From the NCBI GenBank assembly GCA_035548315.1, contig DASZTF010000044.1, positions 95,484 through 159,483 of the forward strand: a stretch of 64,000 bases of DNA. The letters run 5' to 3'. The notes under the pieces were generated by a model. The model was given only the letters and a program-made list of their open reading frames with translations. It was not told the origin of the DNA and searched no databases. Position 1 is the stretch's first letter; every line of letters starts with the position of its first letter. This document shows, one piece after another, positions 48,681-59,004 of the stretch. The position numbers and the translations under genes were made by a program. The stretch comes from Minisyncoccota bacterium. GTDB taxonomy: Bacteria; Patescibacteriota; Minisyncoccia; Phycocordibacterales; Phycocordibacteraceae.

Positions 48681-48924
48681 GGTCGCCTCCTTTGCACGGT
48701 GCACTGGTGAGAACCCCCTATATAGGGCGAGAACCCCGAGCCTTGCGGTCGGGGTTCTCGATTGAGATCTCTTTCCTAGATGCGCACCGTTTGGAGAGAA
48801 AGCTCAAGCGAATCCCCGACCCCCATAAGGAGGGCGCGAATAAAGACATAAAACTGAATCGCCTGATGCTTATTCATGTGTATGGATGATGATACCAGAA
48901 AGGAGCGGCTCGTCAACTTGTGTA

Positions 48925-48933
48925 TTATCCACA
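48925..48933 (+). promoter_or_regulatory. Consensus DnaA box
   Basis: TTATCCACA upstream of mraZ. Confidence 0.6.
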
Positions 48934-48950
48934 GTCCCAAAAATAGGGGA

Positions 48951-48995
48951 GTGGGGGAGAGTGGCATATACTGGTGAGACGGTGGGATGAAGTGG
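48951..48995 (+). promoter_or_regulatory. MraZ-binding repeats
   Basis: GTGG at 48951, 48961, 48982, 48992 and CTGG at 48971; about 10-bp period. Confidence 0.75.
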
Positions 48996-49022
48996 AATGC
49001 TTCATTTCGCCCACAAATTCCT

Positions 49023-49445
49023 ATGTTCATCGGCGAGTACCGTCACACCTTCGATCCTAAAAATCGCATGTCGCTCCCGGCCAAGTTCCGCAAGGAACTC
49101 GGTCGCACGGTCGTGGTGACGCGTGGACTCGATAAGTGTCTCTATGTGTATCCAAAGAAAGCCTGGGAAGCCCAGGCTGCGCGCATTTCTGCGTATTCGA
49201 GCGGGAACGCTGCGGGGCGCGGACTCGCGCGCCTCATACTCGCGGGTGCGGCGGAAGCCGAGGTCGACGGCGCAGGACGCATCCTCGTGCCGGACTACTT
49301 GAAGCGGTTTGCCTCGCTTGCGACCAAGGCGGTCGTAGCGGGCGTCTCGGACCGCGTCGAGGTCTGGGATGAGGCAGCGTGGGACAAGTACACCAAGACG
49401 ATCGAGCGTGACGCCGATCAGTTCGCGGAATCGCTCGCTTCTTAA
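49023..49445 (+). CDS. mraZ: Division/cell wall cluster repressor MraZ
   Basis: MFIGEY..DPKNR..P; DGAGRILVP; EVWD. Confidence 0.96.
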   Translation: MFIGEYRHTFDPKNRMSLPAKFRKELGRTVVVTRGLDKCLYVYPKKAWEAQAARISAYSSGNAAGRGLARLILAGAAEAEVDGAGRILVPDYLKRFASLATKAVVAGVSDRVEVWDEAAWDKYTKTIERDADQFAESLAS

Positions 49446-49446
49446 T

Positions 49447-50397
49447 ATGCAAACGGGACACGAAAGCGTGCTTTTGAGCGAAGTGATGGAGGGACTCGCC
49501 ATCGCGCCGAGCGACATCGTCGTCGACGCTACGGTGGGCGGGGCGGGGCACTTCACCGCGCTCATGCGTGCGCTCGGCGCCGACGGCGTACTTGTGGGTA
49601 TCGACGAAGACACCGCCGCTATCGAACGTGCACGCGAGTCGCTTACGCTCGATAAGCGCGCGGAGCGCCCGATGGTCCACCTGGTCACCGATAACTTCCG
49701 GAACCTTGACCGCATTATCACACGGCTCGAGATTCCCGCGATCACGAAGGCGCTGTTTGACCTTGGGTGGAGCGGCTACCAGCTGTCGGACGGACGTGGC
49801 TTTTCTTTTCAGGGAGATGAGCCACTCCTTATGACGTACGGGAACCCAGAAGCCCATACTACGGCGGCAGAGCTCGTGAACACGCTCGGGGAAGCAGAAC
49901 TTGCAGACCTCATTTATGCGTTTGGGGAGGAGCGCTTCGCGCGACGTATCGCTAAGGCGATCGTCATGGCGCGCAAGACAAAGCGCATCACCTCGACTGC
50001 AGAACTGGTCTCCGTCATCGGATCGGCGGTACCGGCGCCGTATCGCAAGGGACGCATCCACCCGGCGACGAAAACGTTCCAGGCACTGCGTATCGCGGTA
50101 AACGACGAATTCGGCGCGATCAAGCACGGACTCTCGGCCGCGATCGGGAATCTCGCGCATGACGGGCGCATCGCGGTCATTACGTTCCATAGCATCGAGG
50201 ACCGCCTCGTGAAGACCTTGCTCCAAGATGCGGAGCGCGCAGGGAAGGGAGTCGTGCTCACGAAGAAAGTGATCACCGCTTCGCGCGAGGAAGTGCAGCG
50301 GAACCCGCGTGCACGTAGTGCGAAACTGCGCCTCTTCAAATCGACGCTGCCGTCGGCCGTTGCGGAGCTCGCCGTCGAGACCATTGCCTATGCTTAA
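49447..50397 (+). CDS. rsmH: 16S rRNA m4C1402 methyltransferase
   Basis: HESVLL, DATVGGAGH, FQALRIAVN, NPRARSAKLR. Confidence 0.96.
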   Translation: MQTGHESVLLSEVMEGLAIAPSDIVVDATVGGAGHFTALMRALGADGVLVGIDEDTAAIERARESLTLDKRAERPMVHLVTDNFRNLDRIITRLEIPAITKALFDLGWSGYQLSDGRGFSFQGDEPLLMTYGNPEAHTTAAELVNTLGEAELADLIYAFGEERFARRIAKAIVMARKTKRITSTAELVSVIGSAVPAPYRKGRIHPATKTFQALRIAVNDEFGAIKHGLSAAIGNLAHDGRIAVITFHSIEDRLVKTLLQDAERAGKGVVLTKKVITASREEVQRNPRARSAKLRLFKSTLPSAVAELAVETIAYA

Positions 50398-50674
50398 CCG
50401 TCTCACGACATACCTGGGTGCAACCTTTGGCGTTATGGTACTCACGTACCTCACGATGGTGGTGTTCACGGTATATCTCGCATCCGAGCAGACGCGCCTG
50501 GGGAGCGCGATCGGCGACACCCAGGCCGCTATCGGCACGCTCGAAGCCTCCTACTACCATGCGGTGACCCAGATCGATGCAGAAGACCCCACTACACTCG
50601 GCTTCACTGAGCCCGCCAGCCGTGAGTACGCGCAGGGCGCGTCTGCTCCTGTCCTCACGCGGGCAGGCATATAG
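50390..50674 (+). CDS. FtsL-like division protein
   Basis: TM + short coiled coil between rsmH and ftsI. Confidence 0.65.
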   Translation: MLNRLTTYLGATFGVMVLTYLTMVVFTVYLASEQTRLGSAIGDTQAAIGTLEASYYHAVTQIDAEDPTTLGFTEPASREYAQGASAPVLTRAGI

Positions 50675-50676
50675 CA

Positions 50677-52413
50677 ATGCGGCACGTGTTTCGCTCGCGG
50701 TTGCGCATCGTCTTCATTCTCATCCTCGTTTTCGCGCTCCTCCTCATCGTCCGGCTCTATTTCCTCCAGGTGGTGCACGGGCGTGATTACGCCCTCGCTG
50801 CGGAGCATCAGTACGCGAACACCTCGAACACGCTCTACGATCGTGGCGATATTTACTTTACGCGCAAAGACGGCACGCTTATTTCTGCCGCGACACTGGC
50901 GACCGGCTTTTTGGTCGCGATCGACCCTGAAATACTTGCGAATCCGGAGGACACGTATCAAAAAATTAATGCGATCATCCCGCTCGATCACGACGCATTC
51001 ATGGCGCATGCGAATAAGACCGACGATCCTTACGAGGTCATCGCTGATCACGTGGCAGAAGACGCCGGGCAGAAGATCAGCGACCTCGACATCACGGGCG
51101 TGATCCTGGTGCGCGAGCGCTGGCGCAGCTACCCCGCTGGGAGCGAGGCCGCGCAGACCGTCGGGCTCGTGGCGTACGACGACGACAGCACGCTCGCTGG
51201 CCGGTACGGGCTCGAGCGCTACTACGACGATGTGCTCCAGCGACCGGGCGGTGGGCTCTTCGGCAATTTCTTCGCTGAGCTCTTCGCGAACGTGGGGAAC
51301 ACACTCGGCGATGCGCGCGAAGCGAAGCAGGGTGACGTGATTACCTCTATCGAGCCGGTGGTAGAGCAGAAGCTCGACGATGAACTCAAAAATGTAGAGT
51401 CAAAGTACGCGAGCCAAGCCTCGGGCGGCATCATCATGGATCCCGCCACCGGCGAGATCGTCGCGCTCGATGTGAATCCCTCGTTTGATCCCAATGACTT
51501 TGCCAACGAAGACGCGTCGACGTTCGGTAATCCGCTCGTGGAGCGCCGGTATGAATTCGGCTCCATTGTGAAATCCCTTACGATGACATCCGGCATCGAC
51601 TCGGGCGCGGTGACACCACAGACTACGTACAACGACACCGGCTGCATCACGGTGAATAAAAGCCGCATCTGTAACTACGACTTGCGCGCACGCGGCGTGA
51701 TCCCGATGCAGCAGATCCTTTCCCAATCGCTCAACGTCGGCGCCTCGTGGGTGGCCACGCAAGTCGGGCACGCGCGCATGCAGGCGTACTTCAAGGCGCT
51801 CGGCATGGACACCGAAACGGGTATCGACCTGCCGAGCGAAATCCCGGGCACCCTCGAGAACCTCGCGAGCCCGGGGCTCGACGTGAACTATGACACCGCG
51901 TCGTTCGGCCAAGGTATCGCGCAGACACCCGTCGAGATGATTCGCGCGCTTGGCGCGCTCGCGAACCATGGCTCCATCGTGACGCCGCACCTCGCTACGG
52001 CGATCCGACTCGATAATGGCATCACCCGCCCCTTGTCCTGGGGAGACCCCGTACAGGTCTTTAAGCCGTCCTCGGTGCAGACGGTGACCGATATGCTCGT
52101 GACCGTCGTCGATACCGCGCTCCTCCATGGCAACGCCAAGAACCCCGACTACAGCGTCGCCGCGAAGACGGGCACCGCGCAGATTGCTGCGCCGGGCGGT
52201 GGATACTATCCAGGAAGCGTCTATTTCCACTCGTTCTTCGGCTATTTCCCGGCGGAAAACCCGCGCTTTATTATCCTTCTTTACACCATCCGCCCGCAGG
52301 GCGTGGAATACGCATCGGAAACGCTCACCACATCCTTCCTTGACCTCGTGCACTTCCTGACCAACTATTACGCAGTGCCGCCTGATCGCGCTACCTATGA
52401 GAAACCTTCTTAA
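50677..52413 (+). CDS. ftsI: Class B PBP, FtsI-like
   Basis: SIVK, SLN, KTGT; dcw position. Confidence 0.88.
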   Translation: MRHVFRSRLRIVFILILVFALLLIVRLYFLQVVHGRDYALAAEHQYANTSNTLYDRGDIYFTRKDGTLISAATLATGFLVAIDPEILANPEDTYQKINAIIPLDHDAFMAHANKTDDPYEVIADHVAEDAGQKISDLDITGVILVRERWRSYPAGSEAAQTVGLVAYDDDSTLAGRYGLERYYDDVLQRPGGGLFGNFFAELFANVGNTLGDAREAKQGDVITSIEPVVEQKLDDELKNVESKYASQASGGIIMDPATGEIVALDVNPSFDPNDFANEDASTFGNPLVERRYEFGSIVKSLTMTSGIDSGAVTPQTTYNDTGCITVNKSRICNYDLRARGVIPMQQILSQSLNVGASWVATQVGHARMQAYFKALGMDTETGIDLPSEIPGTLENLASPGLDVNYDTASFGQGIAQTPVEMIRALGALANHGSIVTPHLATAIRLDNGITRPLSWGDPVQVFKPSSVQTVTDMLVTVVDTALLHGNAKNPDYSVAAKTGTAQIAAPGGGYYPGSVYFHSFFGYFPAENPRFIILLYTIRPQGVEYASETLTTSFLDLVHFLTNYYAVPPDRATYEKPS

Positions 52414-53680
52414 ACACGCTGTCGCAGCCGTCCTAGCGGGCATTTCGCGCGCGATCGTGGCTAAATATAAGCCCACCATTGTGATGGTCACGGGGAGTGT
52501 CGGGAAGACCTCTACCAAGGACGCTATCGCCGCCGCGCTCGCCGAACGCACCTACATCCGTGCAAGCGAGAAGAGCTTCAATAGCGAACTCGGCGTCCCC
52601 CTTACCATCATCGGCGTTCCGAATCCGTGGGCAAGCGCGCTCGGGTGGCTTGGGGTGGTGAAGGAAGGGCTCGCACTCGTGTTCTTCCCGAACCACTATC
52701 CGAAAACGCTCGTGCTTGAAGTCGGTGCAGATCAGCCGGGTGATCTTTCGAAGGTGCTCCAGATCGCGACACCCGATGTGGTCGTGGTCACCCGACTCCC
52801 GGAAGTACCCGTGCATGTGGAAGCGTACCCATCTCCTGAAGCAGTGCGCGAAGAAGAGTTTGTCCCGGCGTACGGGCTCCCGCCTGGCGCCCCACTCATC
52901 ATTTCTTCGGAAGACGAATACGCCGCCGCATATGCGAAGCGCCTCGCACTCACGATTCACACCTATGGTACGAGTAGCGATGCAGACGTGCGGGTCCATG
53001 ATGTCGATATCGCGCTCACCAGTGATCGCCCGAGCGGCATGCGGGGGAGGGTGACCGTGGACGATGTCACGATGGACCTCTCGGTACGCGGCGCACTCGG
53101 GCCGCACCAGCTCCTTGCACCCGCTGCTGCCATTGCCACCGCTGACGCGCTTGGCATTCCCCTTGAGCAGGCGCTCAAAGGACTCGAATCGTATATGCCA
53201 CCGCCAGGGCGAATGCGTATCCTTGCGGGACAAAATGACACACTTCTCATTGACGACAGTTACAACTCTTCACCAATCGCCGCAGAAGAGGCGCTCCACG
53301 CACTCAAATCACTCCCGCGGGTGAAGCGCCGCATCGCGGTTTTGGGTGACATGCTCGAACTGGGTCGCTTCTCGGTCGCAGAGCACGAGCGCATTGGAAC
53401 GCTTGCTGCAGCCTGCGTGGATATGCTGCTTACGGTAGGGATCCGCTCGCGCGCTATGGCAGAGGCGGCACGAGGTGCCGGTCCCGTGGAGGTCCACACG
53501 TTCGCTTCTGCGCAAGAAGCAGCTGCTTTTCTGCACCCGCGCCTCGCGCCCGGTGACGCCATTCTTATGAAAGGTTCGCAGAATAACATCCGCCTCGAGC
53601 GCGTCGTGGCGGCTCTTCTCGCTGATCCCGCTGACGCAGCGAAACTCGTCCGGCAGGATAAAGAGTGGCAACTCCGCTAG
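52397..53680 (+). CDS. murF: Mur ligase MurF
   Basis: TGSVGKTSTK, IDDSYNSSP, LGDMLELG, KGS. Confidence 0.9.
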   Translation: MRNLLKHAVAAVLAGISRAIVAKYKPTIVMVTGSVGKTSTKDAIAAALAERTYIRASEKSFNSELGVPLTIIGVPNPWASALGWLGVVKEGLALVFFPNHYPKTLVLEVGADQPGDLSKVLQIATPDVVVVTRLPEVPVHVEAYPSPEAVREEEFVPAYGLPPGAPLIISSEDEYAAAYAKRLALTIHTYGTSSDADVRVHDVDIALTSDRPSGMRGRVTVDDVTMDLSVRGALGPHQLLAPAAAIATADALGIPLEQALKGLESYMPPPGRMRILAGQNDTLLIDDSYNSSPIAAEEALHALKSLPRVKRRIAVLGDMLELGRFSVAEHERIGTLAAACVDMLLTVGIRSRAMAEAARGAGPVEVHTFASAQEAAAFLHPRLAPGDAILMKGSQNNIRLERVVAALLADPADAAKLVRQDKEWQLR

Positions 53681-53710
53681 CGGGCACGCCGCGTACGTTA
53701 TCATGCGTAC

Positions 53711-55129
53711 ATGCCACCCGCTCGCACGGTGCGGCAGCAGGGGAGTATCACGCTCGAGATCATCATCGCGTTTGCGGTGGCGTCGCTCGTGCTTACCTCG
53801 GTGATCCTGCTTGTCGGTGGGAGCGATGCGCTTGCCTACGAGCGCAGCATTGCGGAGCGCTCGCTTGCATATGAATCTATACAAGACGCGCGCATCGCGT
53901 GGTCGAGTGACATCGCCTCGATGGCGTCGTATGCGTCGACCACTGAGCGCGATCACGTGCCATACTCGCTCGCGCTCATCGTGAGTGCTGTGACGCCCTG
54001 TCTTACCGAGCTCTCTGCTGCGGCCTCAAGCACTGGCGGGGTAGGGGACGGTATTGAGCTACGCGCCGATCTGGCGGATACCGCACTCGCTCGCGCGCTC
54101 GGCGATGACTGCGAGTACCACGCAGCAAGTGACTGGAGTCATCCGCGCGAGACCGGCACTGCACCGATAGACGCTACCGCAGTCGATGTGCTCGGCGGCA
54201 CGGTGTACCTTGGACGTTCTATGCCGCCCTACCTTGCAGTGGGAGCGGGCGACGCATCTCTCCCATTCCAAAACGGATTTGCATTGTCTGCTCCACCGAA
54301 TGCGATCGACGCCGCGCTTGTCGGAGGGACTCCGTACGTGTTTGCAGCGCTCGCTTCGTCAACGGGGCAGTTCGTCGCGGTTGATATGCGCGACCCGAGC
54401 CACCCGATTATCGCGGCGCAGCTCTCGCTCGCGGGGATCAATCCGGCCGGCAGCGATCCCGCCGCGTACCACGTGCTCTATTACGACGGCAGGGCATACG
54501 TGGTTACCCGCTACATCGCGGGTGCGCAGCCCGAACTCCATATATTCGACGTTGCCGATCCCGCGCACGCCTATGAAATGGGTAATGCAAACCTCGAGAC
54601 CACGGTACGCGGGATGACCGCGCGCACCCGGGTCGTGCACGGCGTGGCGCACACGTTTTTCTATGCTGCGACTACGTATGACACGCGCGAGCTCGCGGTA
54701 TACGACGTTACTGATCCTGCGCATGTCTCGCTCGTGTCGAGCGTGGACCTGCCCGGCACGCAGGACGGTGACAGTATCGCGGCAGAAGGGAATATGCTCT
54801 ATCTCGGCCGCGCATCTAATACAGCTGGCCCCGAGCTCTACGCGTTTGAGGTGCACGACCCGGCACAGGCTCCGGTACTTGTCGCTACAGCGGAAATTAC
54901 GAGCAAAGACATCACCGCCATCATCCCTGTGGGGAGCTTGCTGTTTGTCGCCGCTACTAATGACGGCGCGAGTAATCGCATGCTGCAGATCTGGGACATG
55001 AGCGACACCGCACACGTGTATCAGCGCGCAGCACTTAAGATCCCTGGTCTCGTGCTCGGCGGGATTGAGTATGCGAGTTCGACACTCTACGCAATCGATG
55101 CCACAACCTTTCATTCCTATGAAGACTAA
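53711..55129 (+). CDS. Pilin-like N-terminus + LVIVD-type beta-propeller protein
   Basis: QQG-SITLEIII; repeated (I/V)(F/Y)DV-DP strands. Confidence 0.75.
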   Translation: MPPARTVRQQGSITLEIIIAFAVASLVLTSVILLVGGSDALAYERSIAERSLAYESIQDARIAWSSDIASMASYASTTERDHVPYSLALIVSAVTPCLTELSAAASSTGGVGDGIELRADLADTALARALGDDCEYHAASDWSHPRETGTAPIDATAVDVLGGTVYLGRSMPPYLAVGAGDASLPFQNGFALSAPPNAIDAALVGGTPYVFAALASSTGQFVAVDMRDPSHPIIAAQLSLAGINPAGSDPAAYHVLYYDGRAYVVTRYIAGAQPELHIFDVADPAHAYEMGNANLETTVRGMTARTRVVHGVAHTFFYAATTYDTRELAVYDVTDPAHVSLVSSVDLPGTQDGDSIAAEGNMLYLGRASNTAGPELYAFEVHDPAQAPVLVATAEITSKDITAIIPVGSLLFVAATNDGASNRMLQIWDMSDTAHVYQRAALKIPGLVLGGIEYASSTLYAIDATTFHSYED

Positions 55130-55508
55130 CCGCGGGTTCACGCTCATCGAAGTCATTGTGTATCTGGCGCTGTTCTCGGTGCTTATGGCCGGCGCGGTTA
55201 TGAGTTTGTCCGCAGTCACGCGCGGCGCCGACGAGCGCCGGCGCGCCGCGGCAGTCGCGAGCGAGGCAGACTTCCTCGAAGCGAAGCTCGCGGTACAGGT
55301 AGCCGAGGCGCATAGCCTTACCGGTGTCGTGTTCGACCCAGTCGCGCGCACGATAACGCTAAACGGCGTGCCGCTCACCAGCGCGAATGTATCCGTCGGT
55401 GCCTTTACAGCTGATCGCGTGGAGGACTCGCGCGGCAGCGTCGTCGCGTATGATGTTCGCTTCGTCATAGATGGCGAGGAGTTCAGTGAGCGCCTCTACC
55501 TGCCATGA
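55119..55508 (+). CDS. Type IV minor pilin
   Basis: RG-FTLIEVIVY cleavage motif. Confidence 0.85.
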   Translation: MKTNRGFTLIEVIVYLALFSVLMAGAVMSLSAVTRGADERRRAAAVASEADFLEAKLAVQVAEAHSLTGVVFDPVARTITLNGVPLTSANVSVGAFTADRVEDSRGSVVAYDVRFVIDGEEFSERLYLP

Positions 55509-55828
55509 AAGGCTTCGCCGCACTTACCTCGGTACTCATCATCGCGGCGGTGTTACTCGTGGTAGTGGTGAGCACTAGCGTGCCGGTGTTCTATGCGCGT
55601 ATGGACCTCCTCGAGTCAGAATGGGAGGCGCAGTCCGCACTTTCTGCTCAGAGCTGTGCCGATCTAGTGAACCTGCGACGGGTGATCGATCATGCATACT
55701 CGGGAGGGGATGAAATCGAAGTGGGTGAGGCGCGGTGCGCGGTGAGTACCATTGTGCAAAAAGGAAACACAATTATATTCACCGTACAAAGCGAGTATCA
55801 CGGCTCAGTCACCGTGCTAGAGTTTTAA
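55505..55828 (+). CDS. PilX-like minor pilin
   Basis: KG-FAALTSVLII without E5; A-SC motif. Confidence 0.7.
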   Translation: MKGFAALTSVLIIAAVLLVVVVSTSVPVFYARMDLLESEWEAQSALSAQSCADLVNLRRVIDHAYSGGDEIEVGEARCAVSTIVQKGNTIIFTVQSEYHGSVTVLEF

Positions 55829-55856
55829 CGTTCGTTACCCATAATCCGCTCGCAAT

Positions 55857-56369
55857 ATGAAGACCGCTCGCAAGCAGTCACTGCGTCGACACGTGCACGT
55901 GTCGCGCGCCTTTACTCTTATAGAAGTCCTCGTGGTGATAGGCATCATCGCTATCCTCGCGGGGATTGTGCTCGTCGCCCTTAACCCCGGGCGCCAGTTC
56001 GCGCTCGCGCGCAACAGCGAGCGCGTGAGCAATACCACCACCATCTTGAACGCCATCGGGCAGCGTACCGCTGATAACAAGGGCATCTTTGAAGGCGCCT
56101 TTACGGTGGGAAGCGATAGTTATACATGCCCCGCGCTTACCGCTGGCACAGAGTACGACATCGCAAGTTCCGGCGGCATCGACCTCTCGTGTCTCACGCC
56201 GACCTACATCCCGGCCGCGCTGCCGTTTGACCCTTCCGCGCCAGGTGCGCACTGGAGCAGTGCCACTGACTACGACACCGGCTACCACGTCGTCATGGAT
56301 TCCTCCGGCCGGTATACCGTCTCCGCGCCATCGGCCGAACTCGGCGAGACTGTCTCAGTAACCCGGTAA
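55857..56369 (+). CDS. Type IV pilin
   Basis: RA-FTLIEVLVVIGIIAILAGIVLVALNP; two Cys. Confidence 0.9.
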   Translation: MKTARKQSLRRHVHVSRAFTLIEVLVVIGIIAILAGIVLVALNPGRQFALARNSERVSNTTTILNAIGQRTADNKGIFEGAFTVGSDSYTCPALTAGTEYDIASSGGIDLSCLTPTYIPAALPFDPSAPGAHWSSATDYDTGYHVVMDSSGRYTVSAPSAELGETVSVTR

Positions 56370-56419
56370 TAAGGGCCTTTTTGTGGCCTGATTGCGTGCT
56401 AGTATCCCTATATCAGGCC

Positions 56420-57598
56420 ATGAAGATAGTCTTTACCGGTGGGGGCACGGGCGGGCACTTTTACCCCTTGATCGCCATTGCAGAAGCGGTACGCGAGCTT
56501 GTGGCTGAGCGACACCTCGTGCCGCCCAAACTCTACTTCTTTGCGCCGGAGCCGTACGATGAGGAGTCGCTTTTTGCGAATGATATCGCGTATGTAAAGA
56601 TTCCTTCGGGCAAGATCCGCCGCTACTTCTCGCTGCAGAACGTCACCGATGCGTTCAAGATACTGTGGGGTATCGGCGTCTCCATCGGGAATCTGTTCTC
56701 TGTGTATCCAGACGTCGTGATCTCGAAGGGCGGGTTCGGGAGCGTGCCGGTAGTGATCGCGGCAAAGCTGCTCGATATCCCCGTGATCATCCACGAGTCT
56801 GATTCAAAACCGGGACGTGCGAATCTGCTTGCCGCGCACTTTGCCGACCGCATCGGTATCGCGTTTGAAAGTTCGGCGAAATATTTCCCGAAAAGCGCGC
56901 AAGGAAAGCTCGCGCTCGTCGGCATACCGATCCGCCGCGAAGTCGCCGCAGCAGAATCAGAGGGTGCCCGTCAGGAGCTCGGACTCGAGCCATCGCTTCC
57001 GACGGTGTTCATATTTGGCGGCTCTACAGGCTCAGCGCGCATTAACGAGACCGTGCTCGGTGCGCTCCCGGATCTCGTGGCGATGACCAATGTCATCCAC
57101 CAGACAGGTAAGGCGGCGTACGCCGATGTCGACGCGACCGCGAAAGCAGAGCTGCGCAATGACCCCAATGCGTCGCACTACCATCCCTTTGCGTATCTCA
57201 ATGCGCAGTCCATCCGCCGCGCCGCAGGCGCGGCGGATGTGATCGTCGCGCGCGCAGGATCGACGTCTATTGCTGAAATATCGCTGTGGAAGAAGCCGGC
57301 GATCCTCATTCCCATTCCTGAGTCGGTGAGTCACGACCAGCGCACCAATGCCTATACCTATGCGCACACCGGTGCCGCAATCGTGCTCGAGGAGAGCAAC
57401 CTCACCCCGCACCTGCTCGCCTCTGAAATCCGCCGCATCGTCACCGACAAGCCGCTCGCCACGCAGATGGCGGAAAAGGGCGCGACATTTATGCCCGGCG
57501 ACGCAGCGAAGCTTATCGCGGAGGAAGCGCTGCGCATCGGACTCTCCCATGAGCCGGTGCAGGTCCAGGAAGTCGTGACCCCGAACCCTCTCGTATGA
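56420..57598 (+). CDS. murG: MurG glycosyltransferase
   Basis: GGGTGGH, HESD..PG, GGSTG, HDQRTNA. Confidence 0.95.
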   Translation: MKIVFTGGGTGGHFYPLIAIAEAVRELVAERHLVPPKLYFFAPEPYDEESLFANDIAYVKIPSGKIRRYFSLQNVTDAFKILWGIGVSIGNLFSVYPDVVISKGGFGSVPVVIAAKLLDIPVIIHESDSKPGRANLLAAHFADRIGIAFESSAKYFPKSAQGKLALVGIPIRREVAAAESEGARQELGLEPSLPTVFIFGGSTGSARINETVLGALPDLVAMTNVIHQTGKAAYADVDATAKAELRNDPNASHYHPFAYLNAQSIRRAAGAADVIVARAGSTSIAEISLWKKPAILIPIPESVSHDQRTNAYTYAHTGAAIVLEESNLTPHLLASEIRRIVTDKPLATQMAEKGATFMPGDAAKLIAEEALRIGLSHEPVQVQEVVTPNPLV

Positions 57599-59004
57599 CC
57601 GTCCGTACTCGCTTTGCGCCCTCTCCCACGGGCTTCATGCACGTAGGCAATGTACGCAGCGCAATCTTTGCGTGGCTGTTTGCACGTAAGCACGGCGGTC
57701 AATTTATCCTGCGCATCGAGGACACCGACAAGAATAGGGAAGTAGAAGGATCGATCGGACACATTATGGAGTCGCTTAAATGGCTCAGTCTCGATTGGGA
57801 TGAGGGGCCGGACATCGGCGGTCCTCATGAGCCGTACATTCAGTCGTCGCGACTCGAGCTCTACACTAAGTATGCGCAGCAGCTTATTGAAAAAGGATTT
57901 GCGTATCCCGATTCGCGCACACCTGAAGAACTCGACGCGCTCCGCAAGCAAGCAGAAGATGAAAGGCGGCCATTCCTTGCGCGCGAACATCGCCCAGAAA
58001 ATGCTGGTGAATGGGACGGTAGTCAGTCACTGCGCTTTCGCGTGCCGGTGATCAAGCGCTACGAATGGCACGACCTCGTGCGCGGTGATCTTTCTGCGGG
58101 AGAAGAAGCGCTCGATGATTTCATACTTATTAAGAGTGATGGATATCCGACGTACAACTTCGCGCACATCGTCGACGATATCGAGATGGGTATTACGCAC
58201 GTCATGCGTGGCGAGGAATATGTTTCTTCAACACCCAAATACCTTGCGCTCTACGAAGCGCTCGGCGTGCAGCCGCCGGTGCTCGCGCATTTGCCGCATA
58301 TTCTTGGCGAAGCCGGTACTAAAAAGCTCGGGAAGCGTGATGGTGCGAAAGATGTGCTGGAGTATCGCACCGAGGGCTACCTTCCAGATGCGATGGTCAA
58401 CTTCCTCGCGCTCCTTGGTTGGCACCCAGAGAGCGGTGATGAGGTACTCGACCGCGAGGCGCTCATCGCGGCGTTTGATATTGAAAAGGTACAGAAGAGC
58501 GGCGCGCGGTTCGATGATGCGAAGCTCCTCCATATCAATCAAGAATGGATGCGCAAACTATCCGATGCTGACTATGTGACTCAGCTTGGTCAAGAAGTAT
58601 CGCCTGCTATCGTGGCAGTACTCAAGGAGCGCGCGCAGACCTTTGGTGAGGCGCGCGAACTCCTTGCGGGTGAACTCGCATACCTCTTTGCAGCACCCAC
58701 GCTCGATCGAGCAATATTAGTATCAAAGGAACCAAGTCCGGGGCGAACTAAGATTTATCTTGAGGGGTTAATCGGTATCGTAGAACGTCTAGATGGCACA
58801 GAGCATTCTGCGGAGCAGGTTCGTGACACAATTATGCCCTATGCCAATGCAAATGAAGAGGGAAGAGGGCCTGTTCTCCACCCCCTTCGCTACGCACTTT
58901 GCGGAGCTGAGCGTTCACCTGATCCCTTCACACTTATCGCCATTTTAGGGCGGGAGGAATCGCTATCGCGCCTTAAAACGGCGCTTGGTATACTAGGCGG
59001 ATGA
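57595..59004 (+). CDS. gltX: Glutamyl-tRNA synthetase
   Basis: RFAPSPTG, HVGN, KLGKR. Confidence 0.96.
   Translation: MTVRTRFAPSPTGFMHVGNVRSAIFAWLFARKHGGQFILRIEDTDKNREVEGSIGHIMESLKWLSLDWDEGPDIGGPHEPYIQSSRLELYTKYAQQLIEKGFAYPDSRTPEELDALRKQAEDERRPFLAREHRPENAGEWDGSQSLRFRVPVIKRYEWHDLVRGDLSAGEEALDDFILIKSDGYPTYNFAHIVDDIEMGITHVMRGEEYVSSTPKYLALYEALGVQPPVLAHLPHILGEAGTKKLGKRDGAKDVLEYRTEGYLPDAMVNFLALLGWHPESGDEVLDREALIAAFDIEKVQKSGARFDDAKLLHINQEWMRKLSDADYVTQLGQEVSPAIVAVLKERAQTFGEARELLAGELAYLFAAPTLDRAILVSKEPSPGRTKIYLEGLIGIVERLDGTEHSAEQVRDTIMPYANANEEGRGPVLHPLRYALCGAERSPDPFTLIAILGREESLSRLKTALGILGG

Noticed and set aside
49234-50538. Long antisense or alternate-frame ORFs (also 9828-10970, 51400-52551, 54359-55468, 39036-39968)
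   Set aside because: Shadows of well-supported genes in high-GC DNA; no motifs
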